The translations under genes and the position numbers were made by a program. From positions 1 through 45,464 of the forward strand of contig DATNAT010000329.1 in assembly GCA_035572355.1 (NCBI GenBank): DNA of 45,464 bases, read 5' to 3'. The notes beneath the pieces are model-generated. The model saw only the letters and a program-made list of their open reading frames with translations, searched no databases and was not told the DNA's origin. The DNA is from Gemmatimonadaceae bacterium (GTDB lineage Bacteria > Gemmatimonadota > Gemmatimonadetes > Gemmatimonadales > Gemmatimonadaceae). Within the stretch, counting starts at the first letter, position 1; each line of letters begins with the position of its first letter. Below, piece after piece: positions 33,041-43,132 of the stretch.

Positions 33041-35158
33041 ATGACCTCCCTGGAGCACCGTTTCGTGATCAGCCATTCCGCCGGGCGCTCTGCGCTTACC
33101 CGGCGCCGCACGCTCGCTCGGCTCGCCGGCGCGCTCGCCGCGGCTTCGCTCGCCAGCGCACCGGGCCTCGGTGCTCAAGACACTGCCCACAGCACCGGCC
33201 AGGCCTGGCAGCTCGTGCAGCTTCCGCAATCGTCGCTGGTTCTGGCGCGCGACAGCACGTTGATCGGCGAGATCGGCCGCGAGATGCGCACCAGCGTGTC
33301 GATCAAGTCGCTGCCGAAGTACGTGCCGCAAGCCTTCGTCGCCGTCGAGGATCAGCGCTTCTACGAGCACGACGGCGTCGACATGATCGGCGTGCTCGGC
33401 GCGATCAAGGGCAAGGTGCTGGGAGAGAATCGCGGCGGTGCGAGCACGATCACCCAACAGTTGGTCGGCTATCTCCATCCGGATCTGATCGATCGTAGAG
33501 AGGTGAGCGGCACGGCGGGGCTATCACGCAAGCTGCGCGAGCAGTCGGCGGCGCGCGAGATGGAGAAGCACTACACCAAGGACGTCATCCTCGAGGAGTA
33601 TCTCAATCAGATCAACCTCGGCCGCGGCTGGTTCGGGGTTGCGGCGGGCGCACGCCACTACTTCGGCCGCGGCCCGGAGCGGCTCACGCTCGCCGAAGCG
33701 GCGACGCTCGCCGGGCTGCCCAAGTCGCAGCCCTACTACGACCCGATCGCCCATCCCGAGCGAGCGAAAGAGCGGCGCGACCTCGTGCTCGAGAAGATGG
33801 CGGAGCAGCACTACATCACGCAGGAACTGGCCGACAAGACGAAACGCGAGCCGATGGTGACCGCGCCGAATGCCGGGATGTCGGCGCCGTCGGGCTATTT
33901 CGTCGACGAGGTGCGGCAGCAAGCCGAGCGCGCCGGCATTCCCGTGATGAACGGCGGCTACAAGATTTACACCACGCTCGACCCGGCGTTGCAGCGGCAA
34001 GCGGTCGACGCGCTGGTCGCGGGCACGGCGCGCATCGAGGCGCAGAAGGGCTACAAGCATTTGACGCAGGCCGCCGCGCGAGGAAGGCAGACCGACTATC
34101 TCGAGGGGATGGCGGTGGCGATCGATCCGGCAACGGGCGACGTGCGCGCCCTCGTCGGCGGGCGCAACTACGCGCGCGCGCCGTACGATCGCGCCGTATC
34201 GTCGCTCCGGCAGCCCGGGTCGGCGATCAAGCCGATCGTGTACGCCAAGGCGATCGAGGACAGCATCGCCGCGAACACGATCGTTCCCGACACGGCGCTC
34301 GAGATTCCGCTGCCGTCGGGCGACATTTACAAGCCGACCGAGATTGACGGCAAGTTCCTCGGCCCGATGACGATGCGCGAGGGATTGATCCATTCGCGCA
34401 ACAACGTGGCGATCCAGATCGGTATGCGTGTGGGCATGGACTCCGTCGCGGCGCTGGCGCAGCGGCTGGGCATCACGACGCCGATGGTGCCGGTGCCGGC
34501 GAGCGCGATCGGCGCATCGGAGGTGCATCCGATCGATCTGGTTGCCGCGTACACCGCGTTCGCCAACGACGGCGCGGTGGTCCAGCCGCGGTTCATCACG
34601 CGAATCGACGATCTGGGCGGGCGGACGATCTACCAGCGTCCGGCATCGACGCCGCAGCAGGTGTTGGACCCGCGCGTGGCGTTCATCGTGCGCGACATGA
34701 TGAAGGACGTCGCGGAGCGCGGGAGCGGCGGCGCCGCGCGGCGCGCCGTGCCCGCGCGTGTTCCGATCGCGGGCAAGACGGGCACGACCAACGACAACGT
34801 CGACGTGTGGTTCGTCGGCATGACGCCGGATCTGGTCGCGGGCGTGTGGCTCGGCTTCGACAAGCCGAAGACGATCACCTCGGGTGCGGTGGGCGGCGGT
34901 CTCGCCGCGCCGATCTGGGGCGAGATGATCGGCCGTTACTACGCAGACCGCGCGGCGGGAACCTGGGGTTCGCCGCCGGACGGTCTGGCGTACGCCGAGC
35001 TCGATCGTGCGACCGGCTTGGTGGCCGAGCCCTCGACGCCGGCCGACGAACGCTACGTCGAGTACTTCCTGCCCGGAACGGAGCCGGCGGATCTGAAGAA
35101 CAACCCGTGGACGGTGCCGCAGTGGGGACCGCTGCTGGTGCCAATCAGACCCCGGTAA
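33041..35158 (+). CDS. mrcA: Class A penicillin-binding protein (PBP1A-type glycosyltransferase/transpeptidase)
   Basis: The GT51 motifs are FVAVEDQRFYEHDGVD and GGASTITQQLV. The transpeptidase motifs are SxxK (GSAIKP), SRN and KTGTTN. I chose the ATG at 33041 inside the 32909 ORF. Confidence 0.9.
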   Translation: MTSLEHRFVISHSAGRSALTRRRTLARLAGALAAASLASAPGLGAQDTAHSTGQAWQLVQLPQSSLVLARDSTLIGEIGREMRTSVSIKSLPKYVPQAFVAVEDQRFYEHDGVDMIGVLGAIKGKVLGENRGGASTITQQLVGYLHPDLIDRREVSGTAGLSRKLREQSAAREMEKHYTKDVILEEYLNQINLGRGWFGVAAGARHYFGRGPERLTLAEAATLAGLPKSQPYYDPIAHPERAKERRDLVLEKMAEQHYITQELADKTKREPMVTAPNAGMSAPSGYFVDEVRQQAERAGIPVMNGGYKIYTTLDPALQRQAVDALVAGTARIEAQKGYKHLTQAAARGRQTDYLEGMAVAIDPATGDVRALVGGRNYARAPYDRAVSSLRQPGSAIKPIVYAKAIEDSIAANTIVPDTALEIPLPSGDIYKPTEIDGKFLGPMTMREGLIHSRNNVAIQIGMRVGMDSVAALAQRLGITTPMVPVPASAIGASEVHPIDLVAAYTAFANDGAVVQPRFITRIDDLGGRTIYQRPASTPQQVLDPRVAFIVRDMMKDVAERGSGGAARRAVPARVPIAGKTGTTNDNVDVWFVGMTPDLVAGVWLGFDKPKTITSGAVGGGLAAPIWGEMIGRYYADRAAGTWGSPPDGLAYAELDRATGLVAEPSTPADERYVEYFLPGTEPADLKNNPWTVPQWGPLLVPIRPR

Positions 35159-35161
35159 TCG

Positions 35162-35211
35162 GTGTCTTCGCGTCGCGCTCCGGCCGGCTCCGCCGCCCGA
35201 CGCGAAAACAC
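35162..35211. terminator. Hairpin between convergent PBP1A and S10 peptidase genes
   Basis: GTGTCTTCGCGTCG (35162-35175) pairs with CGACGCGAAAACAC (35198-35211) at 13 of 14 positions around a 22-nt G/C-rich loop. Confidence 0.4.
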
Positions 35212-35221
35212 CAATCACCGC

Positions 35222-36862
35222 CTACGGTACGACCGCCTCTCGCGTCGCCGCGTTGTAGAACTTTTCCAGATCGCCGCGCAGCTTCTTCATCGACGGCGCG
35301 TCGATGTACATCATGTGGCCGGCGTCGAATCGCCCAATGGTGATGTTGTTCTTGGCCACGTTGGGGTCGATTGACAGATGCGACAGGGTGTACTGCACCG
35401 CGAAGTACGGCGTCGCGGCGTCGTAATAGCCCTCGGCCACGTAGAGGCGCATGTACGGATCTTTCGCGAACGCTCGTTCGAGATTTGGAACGACCGTGGC
35501 GTAGGTGTTCTGCGGATAGTTCCAGCGGCCGATGCCGCCGCCGAGGATGTAGTAGATATCCTCGTCATGGAAGTTCAGCTCGCGCCGCGTGTAGTCGGTG
35601 AGCACGGTGGTGAAGCTCTGGCGAATGCTGATGTCGCTCGGGTCGCCCACGCCGACGCCACCCCCGCGGCCGCCGGCCGCGATCGGCGCGAAGCCGGTAA
35701 AGCGGCCGTCGAGGCGGCCGACGGTGAGATGCTCGTCGCGCAGCAGCTCCTGGTCGAACGTGCCGAGGGGAACGCGCAGGTCGTTGAGGTCGATCACGTC
35801 CTTGGGCAGGCCGGTGAAGCGCGCCATCTGATCGATCGTCGCCTGCCGCTCGGCCGGCGTGAGATTGTTCCCCTTCATGAGCGCGCTCGAATAGTCCGTC
35901 GCCGCCCACTTCTCGGCGGCCGACGCCACCTCGTCGACGGTGAGCTTCTGCATGTCGGCGGGCAGCTTCTTGTGGAACCAGGCCGTAGCGGCGTAGGTCG
36001 GGATGAAGTTGATGAACCCGATGTCGTTGCCGCGCGTCTGGGAGGAGTACTCGAAGTTGAGCACCGAGGAGAGCAGCACGACTCCGTTCAGCGAGATGCC
36101 GTCGTCGGCTAGCAGACCGGAGAGGCCTGAGGCGCGCGTGGTGCCGTAGCTCTCGCCGGCCAGAAACTTGGGGCTCGCCATCCGGTCGAACCGGGTGAGG
36201 TAGAGGCGAATGAATTCGCGGAACGCGGCGAGATCCTCATCGAGGCCCCAGAACTTCGCGCCCAATGCCTGCGTCACGGGACGGCTGTAGCCGGTGCCGA
36301 TCGCGTCGATGAACACGAGATCCGTCTGATCGAGGAGCGTGTTCTGGTTGTCCTCGAACGAGTAGGGCGGGGGCGGCGCGCTGCCGTCGGCGTTGAGCTT
36401 CACCTTCTTCGGCCCGAACGCACCGAGGTGCAGCCAGACCGTCGCCGAACCCGGGCCGCCGTTGAACGCAAAGGTGATCGGGCGCGTCGCGGTGTTGGCG
36501 CCGTCTTTGGTATAGGCGACGTAGTACATGCCCGCCTCGACGGCGTCCGTCTGGGCGTTGCGAATCGGTAGCATGCCGGCGGACGCGGTGTAGTTGATCG
36601 TTTGACCGCGCACGCTGATCGTGTGGTGCGATACGACGGGAGCCGCTTCGGTCATGGCGATGACGTCGTGCGACGTCGCCGCGCCGGTGCCGCCGCGGCG
36701 CGCGCTCGTCGAGCCACTATCGCCGGCCGGCGCGACCTGGTCCCCGTTCGGTGAGGCGCCGCCACGACCGCCACGGCCGCGTTGCGCTGTCGCCACGGTC
36801 AGCGGCGCCACCAACAGCAAAGCCGGCAGCGTTCGGAAGAGCGAGTGAATGACCAACCGCAT
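35222..36862 (-). CDS. Secreted S10-family serine carboxypeptidase
   Basis: There is a signal peptide, followed by FAFNGGPGSATVWLHLGAFGP and the catalytic-Ser motif FLAGESYG, characteristic of peptidase S10. Confidence 0.8.
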   Translation of the reverse strand: MRLVIHSLFRTLPALLLVAPLTVATAQRGRGGRGGASPNGDQVAPAGDSGSTSARRGGTGAATSHDVIAMTEAAPVVSHHTISVRGQTINYTASAGMLPIRNAQTDAVEAGMYYVAYTKDGANTATRPITFAFNGGPGSATVWLHLGAFGPKKVKLNADGSAPPPPYSFEDNQNTLLDQTDLVFIDAIGTGYSRPVTQALGAKFWGLDEDLAAFREFIRLYLTRFDRMASPKFLAGESYGTTRASGLSGLLADDGISLNGVVLLSSVLNFEYSSQTRGNDIGFINFIPTYAATAWFHKKLPADMQKLTVDEVASAAEKWAATDYSSALMKGNNLTPAERQATIDQMARFTGLPKDVIDLNDLRVPLGTFDQELLRDEHLTVGRLDGRFTGFAPIAAGGRGGGVGVGDPSDISIRQSFTTVLTDYTRRELNFHDEDIYYILGGGIGRWNYPQNTYATVVPNLERAFAKDPYMRLYVAEGYYDAATPYFAVQYTLSHLSIDPNVAKNNITIGRFDAGHMMYIDAPSMKKLRGDLEKFYNAATREAVVP

Positions 36863-37013
36863 TGTGTATTGTCCTCGGGTCGAATGGGCCCGCTAGCATG
36901 GCACCAACTCGCGGTGAAATCCAGAAGCCCGCGCCATTGCCCGGGTCGATGGGACGTGCAATGATACAGTCCCTCCCCGTAGCGACCTCCCATTCCTCGA
37001 CGACGAGATACAC

Positions 37014-37619
37014 ATGCCACGACTCTCAACGGCTGCCCGACGGTTTGCCTGGATTGGTTTTGCGGGAGTGCTGCTTGGCTGCGGCTCGGACTCGACGGGG
37101 CCCAAAGGAGGTCAGAGCACGCTGACGAGCGCGCAGGCGGAGCTGGTGGCGAGCGGCATCTTCGAGGAAGTGTCGCTCGCGCTCAGCAAGTCGGGTTTCG
37201 CGCCGCAGCTGGCACCGAGCGCGGCGCGCTTCTCGGCAGTTCCGTTCACCGGCTCGGCGTCGATCAACGCACCGTGCACGAACGGTGGAAACATCAGCGG
37301 CACGTACAACTACAGCGACGACGTCGGAACGAACGGCAGCGGCACGGCCACCGGCACGATGACCGTGACGATGGCCGGCTGCAAGGTGTCGACGGGAACG
37401 GAACTGATCGCGGTGAGCGGCAACCTCACGTACACGTTCAACTTTGCGTTCTCGCAGACCGCCTCGCTCGACACTTTCGATTGGCGCGGCACCGGCTCGT
37501 TCAACTGGACCGGCGGCAGCTGCGGCATCGATTACACCGTCCACTACACCGGCGCGACCGGCGGGCACTTCACGATCAACGGAACGATCTGCGGCGTGAA
37601 CGTGAGCGAAACGGCGTAG
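37014..37619 (+). CDS. Lipoprotein, hypothetical
   Basis: The lipobox lies in MPRLSTAARRFAWIGFAGVLLGCGSD. The mature part is Gly/Thr/Ser-rich and looks beta-type, with 4 Cys. Confidence 0.65.
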   Translation: MPRLSTAARRFAWIGFAGVLLGCGSDSTGPKGGQSTLTSAQAELVASGIFEEVSLALSKSGFAPQLAPSAARFSAVPFTGSASINAPCTNGGNISGTYNYSDDVGTNGSGTATGTMTVTMAGCKVSTGTELIAVSGNLTYTFNFAFSQTASLDTFDWRGTGSFNWTGGSCGIDYTVHYTGATGGHFTINGTICGVNVSETA

Positions 37620-37651
37620 GAGGCGTGGATAGCGGGGCGGGGATCGTAATC

Positions 37652-38040
37652 GCTCAGCGATGAGCTACGAGTCGCGAGCGGTGGCTAGCCCCGCGACGTT
37701 CAAAGTCCTTTCCGTTTGTTGTCGGTGCCCGTCCGTGTGAGTGCTCAAGTCATTCCCACCGTACGCGGCGACGGGTCGGTTCTCATGAGAGCGGCCGGCC
37801 CGTTCGCCTTTGGCTCCGGTGCATCGTGCCGGTTTGCGCTTGTTCGCGCCATCCGCGCCCAACGTGTTCCGACCAGATTCGCCGCCCAGACTCGCCGCGA
37901 CGAGTAACAGCCACTCGGGAAATCCCACCGACTAAAGCCGGGTACGGGTTCACCGGATAGCAGCACGGATCAAACGGATCGTGCGTACCCGGCGCGCTGG
38001 GGTGACGAAGTCGTAGAGCCGTTCTCACACGTCGCTGAGC
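37652..38040. ncRNA. Candidate structured non-coding element of unknown family (RNA gene or MITE-like); strand unresolved, slight preference for +
   Basis: It lies in a 448-nt ORF-poor gap between two convergent stops. The ends are complementary: GCTCAGCGA (37652-60) with TCGCTGAGC (38032-40), then CTACGA (37665-70) with TCGTAG (38011-16). Further pairings are 37734-41 with 38024-31 and 37938-45 with 37985-92. The hairpin at 37816-37832 has two G.U pairs only if read on the + strand. Confidence 0.3.
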
Positions 38041-38067
38041 ATGCATCTCACGATCGGCGCCCCACGA

Positions 38068-40023
38068 TCAAAAACTGAACGGCAACAACGTGCTCGGTGT
38101 CGTCGTCGCGAGAAAGACGAGAACCGAAAAATCGTCCGGGAAGAGCGCTCGACCGAAGTACGCAGTCTCCGAGCTCGGATCGAATACGGCTCCGATCGAT
38201 CGCATCGCGATCGGACCGGCGAGAGGAGCGGCTGCCGCGCCGCCGCTCGAGATCTTCCGCGTGTCGAGCAGCAGCATCGGTTTTCCTGTGGCGAGAAACG
38301 CGGATTCGAGTGACCCTTTGGGAACGATGCTCACCTCCCAAGCCCGAAGTCCGGCCGATCCTACGGCGTTGAATCCACCGGTGCCGAACGCGAAGCCGAG
38401 CGGCAAATAGTCGGCGCCGTACGATGCGCGAAGATAGCCGCCCATGAGCTGCGGCACCGCGTTGATATGTCCGTTGTGCGCCCAGAGCGCGATCTTCGCA
38501 CCGGTTCCGGCCTGCTGCCGAATCCAATCGATGTTCTCGGCCATCGAACGGTCGCGTGACAGGCTCGACACCTGCGGGTCGCTGAGCGAGATCATTGTCT
38601 CGTATTCCTGCACGAGGCGCGCATGATGAAGCGTCTGTTGATACACGGCCGGCGAGCTCGCAGCCTGGTAGGCCGGGCTCGAGCTCTGGATCAAATCGTG
38701 GACGGCCTGCAATCCCGCGGCGCAGGCGGCTTTGGTTGATGGCAACGACAGGGCGTACTGGCTCGTACCGGCGCCGGGCGTCGGCCCGTGGTTGCGATAC
38801 GGGGCGAGGCAGGCGTACCGGTCGGAAACGAAACTGGATTGTCCGGGATCGACCCGGCCGATGAACGCGGCGACGCTGTCCATCGACGCGCCCGGAGTCT
38901 GCATGTCGAAGCCGAGGAACTGGACACGCTGGCTCGGCGCGGCGCCCGCGTTCCATTGGCGCATCCACTCGATCATGTCGAGTACTTCCTGGGTGTTCCA
39001 GGTCCAGAAATAGAGTCGTGACAAGAGGGTCTTGGGATTGCCCTCCCCGGTCAGAACGTACCGATTCAGGTCGTCCGCCTCCGGACTCGTCGCCTCGATC
39101 GCGAACACGGTGAAGCCGAGCTTCGTGACGAGGTACTTCAGGATCCGGTGCTTCATCTGGAAGAACTGCCGCGTGCCGTGCGTATCCTCGCCCATGCCGA
39201 CGAGATGCGCCGAGCCCACGATCTGTTCCAGCGGCTGAAGATCGTCCAGACTTGCCGACGGATCCGTCGTCGCGAGCGGCACCGCGTTTGACGCGACCCA
39301 TGCGACCGTCGCCGGCGGCGTCTCGGCGATTCCTTCGAAATCGAGATTGACCGGGCTGGACGGCGTCCGCGCGTAGCGCGCGACGAGCGTGGCCGAGTCG
39401 GATCCCGACGGCGGTGGGCTCGGCGGCGAGGTGACGGCGACGTCGCTGCCGACCGTGTCGAGCGACAGGTCATCGACGAGCAGCGTACCCGTACCGTTCG
39501 ACAGCGCGCCAAAGGTGATGCCGATCGCCGTTGCCGGAACGTCGAGCACGATCGACACCTGATGCCAATCAGCGGTGCCGGTCAGCGGTCGGTTCGACAT
39601 GTTGTCGAATCCGAGTGTGACGCCCGGTCCGTCAATGCGCATCCAGAGGCCGCACGTCGAACAATTCAGGCTGACTTGTCGCACCCAGCCGGCGAGCCGT
39701 ATGCGTTTGCCGCGGAACGCATCAGCGCGAATTTCCTGGTTGACGGTGACGAACGGGGGCGTGCTCGGCGGCAGTGGTGGGTTAACGGCCGTGAGATACA
39801 GGGCGGCCCGTCCGCCGTGGTGGTCAGTTTCGTCGAGGCCCGCGCCGAACGGCGCGCCGATGCTGCCAACCCACCCGTCGGGCGCGCCAGGGATGACGAC
39901 GGGGGTGCTGGGGCCGCTCGGATGCTGGTTCTGGGTGGCCGTCGGGGCATCGCCACCGCACGCGGCGAGCAGCGAGAGCGCGAACGCCTGCAGAAGCCGA
40001 CGGGCGGTGCGAATCGACGTCAT
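38068..40023 (-). CDS. Erythromycin-esterase-family lipoprotein with N-terminal beta-sandwich domain
   Basis: The lipobox lies in MTSIRTARRLLQAFALSLLAACGG. The Ere-family core reads VGMGEDTHGTRQFFQMKHRILKYLVTKLGFTVFAIEA...LNRYV. The 888-aa track ORF is a spurious extension across the lon terminator. Confidence 0.8.
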   Translation of the reverse strand: MTSIRTARRLLQAFALSLLAACGGDAPTATQNQHPSGPSTPVVIPGAPDGWVGSIGAPFGAGLDETDHHGGRAALYLTAVNPPLPPSTPPFVTVNQEIRADAFRGKRIRLAGWVRQVSLNCSTCGLWMRIDGPGVTLGFDNMSNRPLTGTADWHQVSIVLDVPATAIGITFGALSNGTGTLLVDDLSLDTVGSDVAVTSPPSPPPSGSDSATLVARYARTPSSPVNLDFEGIAETPPATVAWVASNAVPLATTDPSASLDDLQPLEQIVGSAHLVGMGEDTHGTRQFFQMKHRILKYLVTKLGFTVFAIEATSPEADDLNRYVLTGEGNPKTLLSRLYFWTWNTQEVLDMIEWMRQWNAGAAPSQRVQFLGFDMQTPGASMDSVAAFIGRVDPGQSSFVSDRYACLAPYRNHGPTPGAGTSQYALSLPSTKAACAAGLQAVHDLIQSSSPAYQAASSPAVYQQTLHHARLVQEYETMISLSDPQVSSLSRDRSMAENIDWIRQQAGTGAKIALWAHNGHINAVPQLMGGYLRASYGADYLPLGFAFGTGGFNAVGSAGLRAWEVSIVPKGSLESAFLATGKPMLLLDTRKISSGGAAAAPLAGPIAMRSIGAVFDPSSETAYFGRALFPDDFSVLVFLATTTPSTLLPFSF

Positions 40024-40135
40024 TTCTCTGAGCGCCAAGCGTGAACCGGCTAGCTGCACAAAATTTTGCATACAATAACGCTCGACCGAGCTTTGGCAAG
40101 GCCCGCCCGGGCCGGCCCGGCACTCCCAAAACAGA

Positions 40136-40162
40136 ATGCGCCCGGCTGACCGCCGGGCGCAT
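40136..40162 (-). terminator. Rho-independent terminator of lon
   Basis: A 10-bp G/C stem joins ATGCGCCCGG and CCGGGCGCAT around a 7-nt loop, 26 nt past the lon stop. On the reverse strand it is followed by TTCTGTTTTGGG. Confidence 0.7.
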
Positions 40163-40187
40163 GCAGTTCCTGGTGCTCCGCGAAGGC

Positions 40188-42788
<2,601 letters not shown>

Positions 42789-43084
42789 GAGGAATTTCCG
42801 AAAGTGAGGTCGGGCTGCAGAAGCTACTGCTGCGGGTGCTGCGCCGGCTCGCCCGCCGACTCGCACACTCCATTCCATCAACTTGCCGCCCGGCTAACTG
42901 CTGCGCGGCTTGAAGTTACGACCCGCAGCCTGAAGGGCCCACTGCTGTGCACAACGCGCGCTCGCCAAAAAGCGTCAGCCTGGCAGCAAAATGGGAGGGT
43001 CACACGCCAGTTGCGGCGGCGTAACTGCCTCAACGGCGTGGACCTGGCGGCGCGCAATGGTGTCTTTCACGAAGCTTAGCCGCG

Positions 43085-43093
43085 TGCTAAAAT
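43085..43093 (+). promoter_or_regulatory. Candidate extended -10 promoter element upstream of the first kinase gene
   Basis: TGcTAAAAT lies 40 nt upstream of the TTG start at 43133. There is no convincing -35 element. Confidence 0.3.
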
Positions 43094-43132
43094 GCGTCAG
43101 CCCGCCCCCCAGCCCATAACCCGAGCATTCGA

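Noticed and set aside
37652-38040. Possible RNase P RNA (rnpB). The length is right (~390 nt) and there is P1/P2/P3-like end pairing. AAAGTCC sits right after the first hairpin on the + strand, and CACCGGAGCCAAAGGC and CTTGAGC-like strings occur on the - strand.
   Set aside because: The near-universal GAGGAAAGUCCGGGC and ACAGAACCCGGCUUA blocks are absent on both strands. The partial matches are split between opposite strands, and no P4 pairing can be drawn. I therefore keep it only as an unknown element. cmscan with RF00010 would settle the question.
37620-38067. tmRNA, SRP RNA or a cobalamin riboswitch in the same gap.
   Set aside because: There is no GGGG...T-arm...CCA acceptor architecture and no Ala-Ala tag ORF. 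The SRP GGAAG/AGCA domain IV motif is absent. The GCCACTC string is isolated, and no downstream gene is in a position to be controlled by a riboswitch.
43076-43090. A CIRCE-like TTAGC-cgcgt-GCTAA palindrome between lon and the kinase gene.
   Set aside because: CIRCE is TTAGCACTC-N9-GAGTGCTAA. Only the outer 5 nt match and the spacing is wrong. The site is nearly 300 nt from the lon start and overlaps the kinase -10 candidate instead.
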